NCBI GenBank assembly: GCA_964408285.1
Contig: CAYOYV010000011.1
Location: 1 to 59,582 of the forward strand
Source: an uncultured Nitrososphaerota archaeon
GTDB lineage: Archaea; Thermoproteota; EX4484-205; JAAOZO01
Direction: 5' to 3'
DNA: 59,582 nucleotides
Position 1 is the first letter of the stretch. Every line of letters starts with the position of its first letter. The notes under the pieces are model-generated. The model worked only from the letters and a program-made list of their open reading frames with translations, made no database searches and was not told where the DNA came from. Both the position numbers and the translations under genes were made by a program. Below, one piece after another: positions 10,062-19,745 of this stretch.

Positions 10062-10817
10062 GTGCCGAAATTGAACTATGAGACGCGGATAGGGACTTGT
10101 GGATTCTCTGGGTCAAAGAATTCCTATTTCCAGAAGTTCAGGGCTATAGAAATTCAAGACACCTTCTACTCATTGCCTAGGCTATCGACTGTGGCGAGAT
10201 GGAGAACAGAAGCCCCTGAAGGCTTCGTCTTCACAATAAAGGCTTGGCAGGGCATAACCCATGTTGGCACAAGCCCCACATGGAGGAAGTCAAGAATGTC
10301 AAGGGGCCTCAATCTGGAGCGGTATGGAAATTTCAAGCCAACAAGGGAAGTCTTCTCAGCTTGGGACGCAGTCAGAGCCATTTCCAGAGAGCTTAAGGCG
10401 AGATTTGTCGTGTGCCAATCACCGTCGAGTTTCGAGCCAAGCTTCCAGAACGAGGCAAACCTGGAGAATTTCTTCGAATCGATTCACCGGGATGGGCTCG
10501 TGATAGGATGGGAGCCAAGGGGAAAATGGTTATCCGATCCGAAAAGGCTTGAGAGACTGCTCTCCAGACTGAACCTCGTTCACGTCGTTGATCCTTTCTG
10601 GGACAAACCCTCCTCAGACTATCCCCTCTCCTATTTCAGGCTGCATGGCCTAGGGAGAAGATACAATTACAGATACGAATACAAAAGGAGGGACCTCTTG
10701 AGCTTGCGGGATTTGGTCAACGAGGCGCTGGACTCTGGTGATGTCTATGTCATGTTCAACGTAGTCACAATGCGCAAAGCTGCCGAGGAATTTCAGGACC
10801 TGGCAACAAAGGAATGA
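10062..10817 (+). CDS. DUF72 family protein
   Basis: IGTCGF, EIQDTFY, FVFTIKA, WEPRG and YFRLHG motifs. Confidence 0.88.
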   Translation: MPKLNYETRIGTCGFSGSKNSYFQKFRAIEIQDTFYSLPRLSTVARWRTEAPEGFVFTIKAWQGITHVGTSPTWRKSRMSRGLNLERYGNFKPTREVFSAWDAVRAISRELKARFVVCQSPSSFEPSFQNEANLENFFESIHRDGLVIGWEPRGKWLSDPKRLERLLSRLNLVHVVDPFWDKPSSDYPLSYFRLHGLGRRYNYRYEYKRRDLLSLRDLVNEALDSGDVYVMFNVVTMRKAAEEFQDLATKE

Positions 10818-10960
10818 CGGAGACATCCTCCCAAGGTAATGACTGAAGATCAATCCCTCTTTGCGTGCTGATTGCTTTCAGGCATTCGAGCAGATGACGA
10901 CCTGTTTTTCCGGCATGTTGCGTTTATATGTCCTCATCTCAAAGAAATCCCAGATGGAAA

Positions 10961-11356
10961 ATGAGCACGGAACAAGAAATGCTAGAGGAACTCAAGAGGA
11001 TAAGAGAGGCAGTGACACCTAAGCCAGCGCCTCCTGCTCCCCAAGCCCCCAAAGGACTATGGGCAGAGTTCGTTGCCTTCTTGGGCAAGACCGGAGTCTT
11101 AGGGCTTGCGATAGGCTTCATCACGGGCACGTATATAAACAAAGTCGTCTCCAGCCTTGTTTCTGACATAATCATGCCGATCCCAGGAGCATTTATAGTT
11201 GGAGGAGACTGGAGGAAGGCTGTGTTCACATTGCCCATTGGCAATGGGATGAATTTCGCAGTAGGGGACTTCGTTGGCGTTGTCATAGACTTCTTGATAG
11301 TGGCCGGAGTAGTGTTCTTGATAGCTAGATACGGCAACAAGATGGGACTGAAGTAG
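10961..11356 (+). CDS. mscL: Large-conductance mechanosensitive channel MscL family
   Basis: EFVAFL...VLGLAIGF...VVSSLVSDIIMP...GDFVGVVIDFLIVA. Start 10961 chosen because a TATA-like TTTATAT lies at 10923-10929. Confidence 0.85.
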   Translation: MSTEQEMLEELKRIREAVTPKPAPPAPQAPKGLWAEFVAFLGKTGVLGLAIGFITGTYINKVVSSLVSDIIMPIPGAFIVGGDWRKAVFTLPIGNGMNFAVGDFVGVVIDFLIVAGVVFLIARYGNKMGLK

Positions 11357-11454
11357 TCCCCCTCTCTTTTCCCGAGCGGACTTCATCGCATTTCTGAAAA
11401 AAACGGGCTTCGGGTGATGAGAGATCCGAGGTTGAGTGTAGTGCGATGCGGATT

Positions 11455-12897
11455 CTATATCCACCATTCCCTGCCGTGGAGGAATCTCAGGATAAACTCT
11501 GCACCTTCCTTTGATCGAGAAATAGACAAGACGCCTTTTCCTGCTGCTATCTCTGATTTCTTGATTGCTCCAACGCTTTCCTCCGGCATTCCCCCGAGGA
11601 ATCTGGCGTCGCTCAAGGCGTGCAACAAGCTTCTCCTAATGCTAAACGTATCTCGTTTCAGCAAAAGGCACCATCTTCCATTCCTCATGAATGGCCCGGA
11701 TACCAACCTAGCATCTCTGCCGTATTTCGACAGGAATATCTCCGAGTTCGCATAATCGGTCACTGGCGGCCCTTCGTGCACGTCAACCATTGGTAGCTCG
11801 GTGGTCTCGATGGCGATCAGCACTAGGGCTTCGCGTTTTTCATCGGTCCAATCAGCTGATCTTATTACGTCATAGCCTGATTCCAAGAGCTTTGTCTCGA
11901 ATCTCTTTCTGATCCTATGGAGTTGACCCCAGATTATGTCAGGGGGTTGCTTCCATGCTGGCAATCTAAGCGCGACGGCTTCTATGCGAGATCTGTTCAC
12001 GTTCTGCAGAACCTTCCTCTTCACCTCACTCGAAATCTTGGCTCGAGAGAAAAATCGCTCAGAGGGCCTCTGAAGGAATCTCCTGGACGCCCAGATAAAG
12101 GTGTGTAAACTCTCTTCAGAAACGGCAGAGGCGACGTTTCTTTCTGGATCGATTGGATCCACCACAACGAAACTAGAGTTGAACTTGGCGGAAATCTCCT
12201 CTGGTGTTCTTCCATCATAATGTGCCTTCAGATCGATGATCAACAGTGTCTTCAATTCCGACAGTGCTTTCAACACGCCAGTGAAGCTCTTGAAGTGAAT
12301 GACAAGCAATTCACACAGGAATCCGCTGAATCCTCCTGTCTTTATCTCGGCACCATATCTGCCTATGCCTTTCATGAAGGCTTTGAGCAACCTCGCTTCA
12401 TCCTTCAATCTGTCATCGCAACTCTCTTGGATGAACTCAGTGTGATATATTGTCCTGTCAGTTGCGGATTCCCATTTTGTTGGCTGTACTTTGAAGCATG
12501 GCACGACATCTATCCCAAGGGGACCGAGATTGACGGTGACGTAGGGGTGTTCCGCATACCTCAGAACGCTGTTACTATCTCCGAAGATCTTGATGGTTTC
12601 CTCAGTTAGTATGTTGCCCATTTCTTCCTTCGAGTATCTCACTGGGAAGAGAACGAAGATATCCGCCTCGGCTTCGGTACTTATCCAAGTGTCTTTGGCC
12701 AAAGAGCCCTCGAGCCTCACTTCTAGCTCACCATCGATTTCACGAAAGCGATCCGTTATCCTTCGGATTGCAGAATCAACAGCGTCGCCTATGAATCTCC
12801 TCCTGTTGATTCCAGGCTTTATTCTCTTCAGGACGTTTGAGAGAACTACCTGCTGCAGCTCCTCCAAGGGTTTTGACCTCCCTATGTGCTTTCGCAT
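11455..12897 (-). CDS. cca: Class I CCA-adding enzyme
   Basis: GSLAKDTW..EADIF, YAEHPY, DVVPC, SATDRT, GGFSGFLCELL and DPIDPERNVASA. Confidence 0.95.
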   Translation of the reverse strand: MRKHIGRSKPLEELQQVVLSNVLKRIKPGINRRRFIGDAVDSAIRRITDRFREIDGELEVRLEGSLAKDTWISTEAEADIFVLFPVRYSKEEMGNILTEETIKIFGDSNSVLRYAEHPYVTVNLGPLGIDVVPCFKVQPTKWESATDRTIYHTEFIQESCDDRLKDEARLLKAFMKGIGRYGAEIKTGGFSGFLCELLVIHFKSFTGVLKALSELKTLLIIDLKAHYDGRTPEEISAKFNSSFVVVDPIDPERNVASAVSEESLHTFIWASRRFLQRPSERFFSRAKISSEVKRKVLQNVNRSRIEAVALRLPAWKQPPDIIWGQLHRIRKRFETKLLESGYDVIRSADWTDEKREALVLIAIETTELPMVDVHEGPPVTDYANSEIFLSKYGRDARLVSGPFMRNGRWCLLLKRDTFSIRRSLLHALSDARFLGGMPEESVGAIKKSEIAAGKGVLSISRSKEGAEFILRFLHGREWWI

Positions 12898-13430
12898 AGG
12901 ACTTCGTAGAGCGGCCCTTTCGGGGTCAGACTGCTCCTCTTCAAACGGATCGGGGATGTGACGGTTTCGCCAATCTCTATATTCGAAGCCTTCTGTAATT
13001 CCTCCGTCAATCTCTCCTTGTTGTAGAGTGATCTTACCCTCGCTATTGTCAGATGGGGGCTGAACTCCTCCTGCTTCAAGACAACCCCGGAGTCGATGGC
13101 GATCTTCTTTGCCATATCGGCATAGCGTTTCAGCTCATCTGCTCCCCTTTGGATGCCCAACCATATCACCCTCGGTTTCCCAGGGCCAGGGAATGCACCG
13201 ACCCCTTCTATCTTCACCGGAACTGGAGGCGCGTCCAAGGACCTGAGCCGCATGCATATAGCCTCCTTTTGTGCCTGGTCTATTTCACCGAGGAAAACCA
13301 AAGTGAAATGGAGGTTGACCCTCTCGACGGGCTTGAGATCAGCTCCCGTCTCCTCGAATTTCCTCTGAATGTCGACTATTCTGTCGAGCACAACGTGATC
13401 CTCAATGTCCAAGGAAATGAAACTCCTCAT
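12882..13430 (-). CDS. thpR: RNA 2',3'-cyclic phosphodiesterase (2H family)
   Basis: Two HxT motifs (LHFTL, PHLTI); adjacent to cca. Confidence 0.93.
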   Translation of the reverse strand: MRSFISLDIEDHVVLDRIVDIQRKFEETGADLKPVERVNLHFTLVFLGEIDQAQKEAICMRLRSLDAPPVPVKIEGVGAFPGPGKPRVIWLGIQRGADELKRYADMAKKIAIDSGVVLKQEEFSPHLTIARVRSLYNKERLTEELQKASNIEIGETVTSPIRLKRSSLTPKGPLYEVLCEST

Positions 13431-13521
13431 CTATCGGTGCTATTCGGTTGGGATTCAGATTTAAATCAATTACCCCGCCGCTAGATTTAACTTCAGTCCC
13501 TCTTCAGAAAGCGCAAGATAT

Positions 13522-14118
13522 ATGCAACGAGAGCGTAGTGACTCGTCCCAATCGGAGAAAACGTTGATACTAATAGCTGGGCTTCCTGGCTCTGGCAAAA
13601 CAACAATATCGAAGATGATGACGGATCTCGGTCTTCCTGTGGTATCAATGGGGGATATCGTTCGGGAACAGGCCTTGAAGCAAGGTAGATCAAGCAACGT
13701 AGGCTCGATGAACAGATTCATGGTCGAGTTGAGGGATCGGTTCGGGGAAGGCGTGGTGGCCGAATTGACCATGTCAAAGGTCAAGGAAATGCCTCAAGGG
13801 AAGATTGTGATCGATGGTCTGAGATCCTTGGAGGAATACGAGATATTCAAGAACGCAGCAAAAAAGGTGGTACTCGTGGTCGTGGACGCAGACATACAAA
13901 CTAGATTCAAGCGGTTGTCAAGAAGGGGGCGATCGGATGATCCGAAGAGCATATCCGAAGTCAGGACAAGGGACAAGGTAGAGCTTGGCGTAGGTGTCTC
14001 AGGGCTACTTTCAAAGGAAGGGATCCACGTGAAAAACAATAAGGACTTGGAGAGTCTGAGGACCCAGGTTCTTTCGATTGCAGAGAGCCTTAGTGTCACT
14101 CGATCGCGAACTCCATGA
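13522..14118 (+). CDS. P-loop nucleoside monophosphate kinase family (UPF0200/dephospho-CoA kinase-like)
   Basis: GLPGSGKTT, SMGDIVRE, DGLRS and RGRSDD. Confidence 0.8.
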   Translation: MQRERSDSSQSEKTLILIAGLPGSGKTTISKMMTDLGLPVVSMGDIVREQALKQGRSSNVGSMNRFMVELRDRFGEGVVAELTMSKVKEMPQGKIVIDGLRSLEEYEIFKNAAKKVVLVVVDADIQTRFKRLSRRGRSDDPKSISEVRTRDKVELGVGVSGLLSKEGIHVKNNKDLESLRTQVLSIAESLSVTRSRTP

Positions 14119-15019
14119 GGTCTCGCGCCACTTCAACATTCTGGAATATCGACTTGGCATCTTGAACGATCAGTCCTGCTTCCTGATACCTTGCACTTAC
14201 ATGCGTCAGGATCAGCTTCTTGACTCCACTTAGGGCTGCGACCATGGCAGCGTCTTTTGCAGTCGAGTGTTTGACCCTGTCCGCGGATTGAGTCTTTGAG
14301 GATTCGAATGTTGACTCATGAATCAGAAGATCAACGCCTTTGGAAAACTGAACCAATCCTTCGGAAAACGTAGTGTCCCCGGTGTACACCATCTTGAAGC
14401 CTGGCCTCGGTCTCCCGACAACCATATCCGGTCTTATGGATCTATCACCGACCTCGACGGCCTTTCCCTCAGTCAGTTGCCTTCTCAATGGTCCTTCAGG
14501 AATGCCAAGCTTTCTTGCCTCCTCCTCGTCGAATCTGCCAGGTCTGTCCTTCTCTGCGAATTTCAGAGCCCAAGCTTCCACTGAGTGCGACGCTTTGGCC
14601 GCTAGGATCTGGTACTCATTGTCATCGACAACAACACCTTCCGATCCTACCTCATATGCCTCGAGTTTGAAATCGAGATCTTCCTCGTGTATTGCAGTGA
14701 GAACGCAATCTAGGAATTTCTGGATTCCCCTTGGACCATATACCTTCAGGTTCTGTTCCCTGCCTAAGAGAGCCATTGTCATAAGAAGGCCCGGCAAGCC
14801 TAGGACATGGTCGCCGTGCGTATGGGTTATCAATACTTTACTGACTTTCAATGGGCTTAGGCCGGCCTCTATCATCCTGTGTTGTGTTCCTTCTCCAACA
14901 TCAAATAGTATGGTCTCTCCCTTCCAAACCAACGCTATTGAAGCAAGACTTCTTTCAGCGGTTGGGACTCCGGCTGAAGTTCCCAGAAACACTACCTTAC
15001 CTCTTGCCATCACCCTCAT
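14096..15019 (-). CDS. rnz: Ribonuclease Z
   Basis: FLGTSAGVPT, DVGEGTQ, THTHGDH, GP-rich exosite, HEST and THVSARY. Confidence 0.96.
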   Translation of the reverse strand: MRVMARGKVVFLGTSAGVPTAERSLASIALVWKGETILFDVGEGTQHRMIEAGLSPLKVSKVLITHTHGDHVLGLPGLLMTMALLGREQNLKVYGPRGIQKFLDCVLTAIHEEDLDFKLEAYEVGSEGVVVDDNEYQILAAKASHSVEAWALKFAEKDRPGRFDEEEARKLGIPEGPLRRQLTEGKAVEVGDRSIRPDMVVGRPRPGFKMVYTGDTTFSEGLVQFSKGVDLLIHESTFESSKTQSADRVKHSTAKDAAMVAALSGVKKLILTHVSARYQEAGLIVQDAKSIFQNVEVARDLMEFAIE

Positions 15020-16044
15020 CTCCTGGCGGATATGAACACCCTAGTCAGACCACCATGGACCCTCAGCTCATTTAAGGATAGTATCTTGAAACCACTTCGC
15101 TTCAATTTGGCCTCCATTGGAAAATCGGAAGGGCATATCAGGGACAGACATCGATTCTTTGACAAGGCTTCCGCTGAGAAGGCTACGAATGAGTCGTGTA
15201 ATTCCTCTATCATGGTGCCACCAATCCTGGGCGAAAGCCTTCCATAGGGCGGATCGGTGACTATCCCCTCAGCCTTGATGAAGGGCGGCTTTCTGGCATC
15301 TCCCCTTATCAGATGCCATAGGGAATTCCCATAGTGCATCAGGTTCCTCCTTGCCCCATAGATCATCTTGTGCTTGAAATCAAGCCCGACCGCCGTGGCC
15401 CCAATCTCTGATATCTCAAGCAGTATTCCACCGACTCCACAGTATGGGTCTATCACAGTATCCCCGCGTCTAATCCTTGCTATGTTGACCAGAGCCCTAG
15501 ATAAATCGGGCTGCAATGTTGAAGGGTGCTTGAACGGTTTGAGTCTATTCGTCCTTGAATTGAGGTCCCTCCTCGCGGCCGCTTGGATCTTCCTCCCGAA
15601 TATGAAACCTCTCTCTGAGACAAAGAGGATGAATTCCGCCTCCGGATTCTTTAAATTCACTTCTGCCTTCATCTTCGCCGAAAGAGCTCTACCGACTTTC
15701 CTCTCCAACTCCAAGACCTTTGCCGGAGGAATCGCGCCTCTCGACCTGATGACCTTGACCTTGAGACTTGCAGCCTTGGTCTCAGGGATTCCTCTGTGGA
15801 TCTCACCGATTATATCATAGGGATCGCCATGTGAGAAGAGCAGTTCCAAACATGCAAAGAAGGATAGGGCCAGCCTTCTTGTGGCGGCAGCCGCTCTGGG
15901 CATATCGGCGACCGCCCTTGAAACATTTGGAATGGAAGGTCTGTAGGAAAATCTTGCTCCCTCCGCCTCTAGAGCTCCTGTCAACTCACTTACTTCGAGT
16001 CCGCTATATCCGCCACAATGGAGGACAAAGAGATCAGAGTCCAT
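15016..16044 (-). CDS. tRNA (guanine-10-N2)-methyltransferase, THUMP plus MTase domains (TrmG10/Trm11)
   Basis: DPYCGVGG and TDPPYGR; N-terminal THUMP-like region. Confidence 0.85.
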   Translation of the reverse strand: MDSDLFVLHCGGYSGLEVSELTGALEAEGARFSYRPSIPNVSRAVADMPRAAAATRRLALSFFACLELLFSHGDPYDIIGEIHRGIPETKAASLKVKVIRSRGAIPPAKVLELERKVGRALSAKMKAEVNLKNPEAEFILFVSERGFIFGRKIQAAARRDLNSRTNRLKPFKHPSTLQPDLSRALVNIARIRRGDTVIDPYCGVGGILLEISEIGATAVGLDFKHKMIYGARRNLMHYGNSLWHLIRGDARKPPFIKAEGIVTDPPYGRLSPRIGGTMIEELHDSFVAFSAEALSKNRCLSLICPSDFPMEAKLKRSGFKILSLNELRVHGGLTRVFISARR

Positions 16045-16918
16045 GTGAGAGCTTCTCCACAGCCTGTGAAACAGATCGAGCTACTGAATAGGCCGTGTAC
16101 TTACCCTCTATCGTATCGGCGGCATATATGCTAGAAACACCTGATTGAAAGATCTTTACATCTCCTTCCTGCACGAATAGCCCATGTACCGTTGCGACCT
16201 CTATCGATTCAATGCCTTGGGCTTTCAATAGTCTCGCGGCATTTGCTATGGTACCTCCCGTGCTTATCAGATCATCAAATAGAAGGGCCGATCCTGTATT
16301 CACAGGCAATTGCCCGATTTTTGAGACCAATTCTCCAGTTCGCCTGTCCCTTTCCTTCTCGACCCAACCATAGCTGGTGCCGAGCATCTCTGCGAGTACG
16401 CTTGCCTCCCGTATCCTTCCCTTGTCCGGCGCAATGACAGTCTTTGTCTCACGGGAGTTCCTTAAGAAAGATGCAAGATCCTGCAAGGGATCTATTGGAA
16501 GAACTTTCCTCGTGAACCATGAGAAGGATTCATCGCTATGTGGTTCAACAATGAGCAATGTGTCAACATCATTGGCCTCAATCACTTTCGCTGTGACCTT
16601 TGCGGAAACTGCCTCGCCCTTCAGGAATGCCTTATCTTGCCTCGCGAATGCGAGGTACGGCACGACCGCGACTATCTTTCCAGCCGTGCAGTCCCTTATC
16701 GCAGATATCATCTGGACTAACACCATGAGATTCCTCGCCTGAGGTGGAGCCATGGACTGAACTAGCAGAATATCCTCGCTCGGTTCTATTTCCCCTACTC
16801 TCAAATATGTTTCTCCATCAGGGAATTCCTTGAATTCCACATAAACCTCCATTAGTCCAAGGTTCTTTGCTATTTTCTCTCCCAGTCGCCTCGAAGCAGG
16901 CCCTACGGCTATTCTCAT
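16034..16918 (-). CDS. prs: Ribose-phosphate pyrophosphokinase
   Basis: FPDGE, PYLAFARQD, APDKG and DDLISTGGT. Start at ATG 16918 inferred. Confidence 0.93.
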   Translation of the reverse strand: MRIAVGPASRRLGEKIAKNLGLMEVYVEFKEFPDGETYLRVGEIEPSEDILLVQSMAPPQARNLMVLVQMISAIRDCTAGKIVAVVPYLAFARQDKAFLKGEAVSAKVTAKVIEANDVDTLLIVEPHSDESFSWFTRKVLPIDPLQDLASFLRNSRETKTVIAPDKGRIREASVLAEMLGTSYGWVEKERDRRTGELVSKIGQLPVNTGSALLFDDLISTGGTIANAARLLKAQGIESIEVATVHGLFVQEGDVKIFQSGVSSIYAADTIEGKYTAYSVARSVSQAVEKLSHGL

Positions 16919-16963
16919 CCGAAAGCAGATAGGGTTCAATGGGATTTTAATAGTATTGGCTCA

Positions 16964-18001
16964 CTAGCTGGTGAACATCCAAGGGGAGATGGTAGCTGAT
17001 CCAACTATCGGTATCCTGTTGCCGCAGCCGGGACATCGATTATCGGGAGTAAGATTAACCTCTGAGACATAGAATCCATGTCTCAATATCAATAGCTTCC
17101 TGCACCTTGGACAGTAAGTGTTCTCCTTTTCGTGCCCAGGAATATTGCCGCTGTAGGTATATTCGAGGCCCTCTTCTGTTGCTATCTCTATTGCTCGATC
17201 TATGCTTCTCGCAGGGGTCATGGATCCGTTACCCATCCTGTAGTTCGGGAAGAACCTGAGCAAATGGAAAGGCGTATCCGGACCAAGATTGTCCACGATC
17301 CATCTCGCCAGCTTTCTCAAATCTGATTCAGAATCTCCCTCCTTCGGGACAATTAAGTCGGTGATTTCTACGTGAACACCCTTCTTCTTCATTTGTGTCA
17401 GTGCTTCGAATATGTGATCTGGGCTCGGGACTCCCATTTTCTTCACATGGAATTCCTTGTTTGCATGTCCCTTGAAATCAACGGTCGCCGCGTCAAGGTA
17501 ATGTGAAATGTAGTCCACGGCTTGTAGGGTCATTGAACCATTTGTGACGAAGGTATTCTTCAGCCCCCTTTCGTTGGCAAGTCTTGCTGTGTCAAAGGCG
17601 AATTCCATGTTGATGGTTGGCTCCGTGTACGTGTAGCTTATTGATTGAGTCTTGTTCTGTAATGCACCCGCGACCACTTGTTCAGGGGTTCTTTCGGCAC
17701 CTGTTATCTGCTTCTCTTGAGAGATCTCCCAATTGCAGCAGAAACTGCAGCGATAGTTGCATCCAACAGTTGCTATCGAGTAAGAAGTGGATCCTGGGTG
17801 AAAGTGATAGAGTGGCTTCTTCTCGATCGGATCTACATGTTCGGCTATTATCTTGCCATAGACCATGCTATAGAGCTTCCCGCCGATGTTTTTCCTGACT
17901 TGGCAGAACCCTAGATTCCCGGAGCTTATTCTGCACCTCCTGAAGCATAGATTGCACTCTACGTCCCCGTCAAGACCCCTGTAGAGACGTGCCTCCTTCA
18001 A
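16964..18001 (-). CDS. amrS: AmmeMemoRadiSam-system radical SAM enzyme
   Basis: CNLCFRRC, GFCQVR, DPIEKKPLYHF, GCNYRCSFCCNW, TYTEP and C-terminal CPRC/CPGC. Start at TTG 18001 inferred. Confidence 0.88.
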   Translation of the reverse strand: MKEARLYRGLDGDVECNLCFRRCRISSGNLGFCQVRKNIGGKLYSMVYGKIIAEHVDPIEKKPLYHFHPGSTSYSIATVGCNYRCSFCCNWEISQEKQITGAERTPEQVVAGALQNKTQSISYTYTEPTINMEFAFDTARLANERGLKNTFVTNGSMTLQAVDYISHYLDAATVDFKGHANKEFHVKKMGVPSPDHIFEALTQMKKKGVHVEITDLIVPKEGDSESDLRKLARWIVDNLGPDTPFHLLRFFPNYRMGNGSMTPARSIDRAIEIATEEGLEYTYSGNIPGHEKENTYCPRCRKLLILRHGFYVSEVNLTPDNRCPGCGNRIPIVGSATISPWMFTS

Positions 18002-18131
18002 AATCCACTCTAGGCGAGGAATTGTCAGAATTAAGCATATCGCAAGTTGAGAGAGGAAATAAAAATAAGGGCCTTTCATCCAACAACGCGACTTGTGGGG
18101 AAGGCTCATCAGACCTGACGCCGATAGCGTC

Positions 18132-19175
18132 ATGTTTGACGAGAAGGTGAGGTCTTCGCTAGGAAGGTACTTAGCTGAGGTTGAGAATAAGCTTCCAGCT
18201 AGCTTCCTGATTTCAAAGCGCGTATCGGCAGATTTGTCTCCCAGTTCAGAAGGTGAGCTTTGGGGCTCTCACAGTGAGGCGTTGGAGTCTTTTAGGTCGC
18301 TTCGAAGATCAATCTCCTCACTGGAGCAACTCGGGAAAGTCGTCTCCCCGAATATTCTCGATTTGAAGATCAGGATTGCTGAGCATGTGATGAGGCATTG
18401 CTGTCTTTGTGAGAGGAGATGCGGAGTAGACAGACTAGGAGGCGAGAAAGGCGCATGCAGAGCTGGAGTCGACCTCGAGATTTCGTCGATGTTCAATCAT
18501 TATGGAGAAGAGCCGGAGCTTGTTCCAAGTTTCACCGTCTTCACGATGGGGTGTTCGTTTCATTGTCTTCACTGCCAGAACTACACGATATCCCAGTGGA
18601 TAGAGCGCGGCACGAAGATGAGCTCACAAGAGGTGGCTAGGGAGATAGACATCGCCCGGAGAAATGGATCAAGGAACCTCAATTGCGTGGGGGGAAATCC
18701 TGATCAGTACCTCTACGCTTGGCTTAATGTATTCTCCCGGCTCACTGAGAACGTCCCCGTGGTATGGAATTCCAATGCCTACTACTCTGAGGAGGAGGCC
18801 GAGTTGCTGCGGGGAGTAGTGGATGTTTACCTTCTTGATTTCAAATATGGTAACGATAGATGCGCCAAGGACATCTCTAACGTCGACGATTACTTCAGGA
18901 TTGTTTCGAGGAATCATCTGATGGCCTTCCGAGATGCGGAGCTGATCATAAGGATATTGGTTCTGCCAGGACATCTAGATTGCTGTTTGAAACCGATAAC
19001 CAACTGGATCTCCCATAATCTTGAGCCCAATGTCAGGGTGAATCTGATGTGGCAATACAGGCCAGAATGGAAGGCTCACGAAAGAAAGGAACTCACTAGG
19101 AGGTTAACAGATAGGGAGAAGCTCGAATCGATGAAGATAGCCAAGCAGGCTGGCCTTCTGAACATATTGACCTAA
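18132..19175 (+). CDS. PflX-like radical SAM protein (PFL-activating enzyme family)
   Basis: CCLCERRCGVDR, HYGEEPEL, GCSFHCLHCQNY, DFKYGN and QYRP. Confidence 0.85.
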   Translation: MFDEKVRSSLGRYLAEVENKLPASFLISKRVSADLSPSSEGELWGSHSEALESFRSLRRSISSLEQLGKVVSPNILDLKIRIAEHVMRHCCLCERRCGVDRLGGEKGACRAGVDLEISSMFNHYGEEPELVPSFTVFTMGCSFHCLHCQNYTISQWIERGTKMSSQEVAREIDIARRNGSRNLNCVGGNPDQYLYAWLNVFSRLTENVPVVWNSNAYYSEEEAELLRGVVDVYLLDFKYGNDRCAKDISNVDDYFRIVSRNHLMAFRDAELIIRILVLPGHLDCCLKPITNWISHNLEPNVRVNLMWQYRPEWKAHERKELTRRLTDREKLESMKIAKQAGLLNILT

Positions 19176-19231
19176 AACATTCAGTTTGGCGACGGATCGA
19201 AACATGGTGAAGGGGATTTCCCAAGCGATCC

Positions 19232-19741
19232 TCAATATGTTATTCCGATCCGGCTGTACATCTCTCTGGGAGATTTGATGTCAGCCACTACATTGACGAA
19301 ATCGGCTCTGTTCACCAATTCCGACGAAGCATACCTTCCCGTCAGAACTACGTCGGTTTCCTCAGGGATTGCGTCCAGCAAATCCAGGACTTCATTTACA
19401 TCGAGAAGCTTTGCAGCAACGGCCAGATTCACTTCGTCAAGTACCAAGAGATGTGGTTTCTCGGCCAACTTCCTCCTAGCGAATTCAATGCCCTGCTTTG
19501 CCATGTCCTTGTCGCTCTGAGATGGATTCCTCAGATCGATGAGGTCAGGAGATCCGAATAGGTGGGCTTCATAGAAGGGAGCCAGTTTCTCCTGTATTCT
19601 GAATTCACCAACATCCTTTCTACCCTTCATGAAGAAAATGATTACTGCCTTCAGGCCATGGCCTGCGCTTCTGATGGCAAGACCTATAGCGTTCGTTGTC
19701 TTTCCCGGTCCGGGACCGGTATAGAGGAATATCTTTCCCAA
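19232..19741 (-). CDS. cobO: Cob(I)alamin adenosyltransferase (CobO/BtuR family)
   Basis: YTGPGPGKTTNAIGLAIR, FMKG, LVLDE and VLTGR. Start at TTG 19741 inferred. Confidence 0.9.
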   Translation of the reverse strand: MGKIFLYTGPGPGKTTNAIGLAIRSAGHGLKAVIIFFMKGRKDVGEFRIQEKLAPFYEAHLFGSPDLIDLRNPSQSDKDMAKQGIEFARRKLAEKPHLLVLDEVNLAVAAKLLDVNEVLDLLDAIPEETDVVLTGRYASSELVNRADFVNVVADIKSPREMYSRIGITY

Positions 19742-19745
19742 TTCA

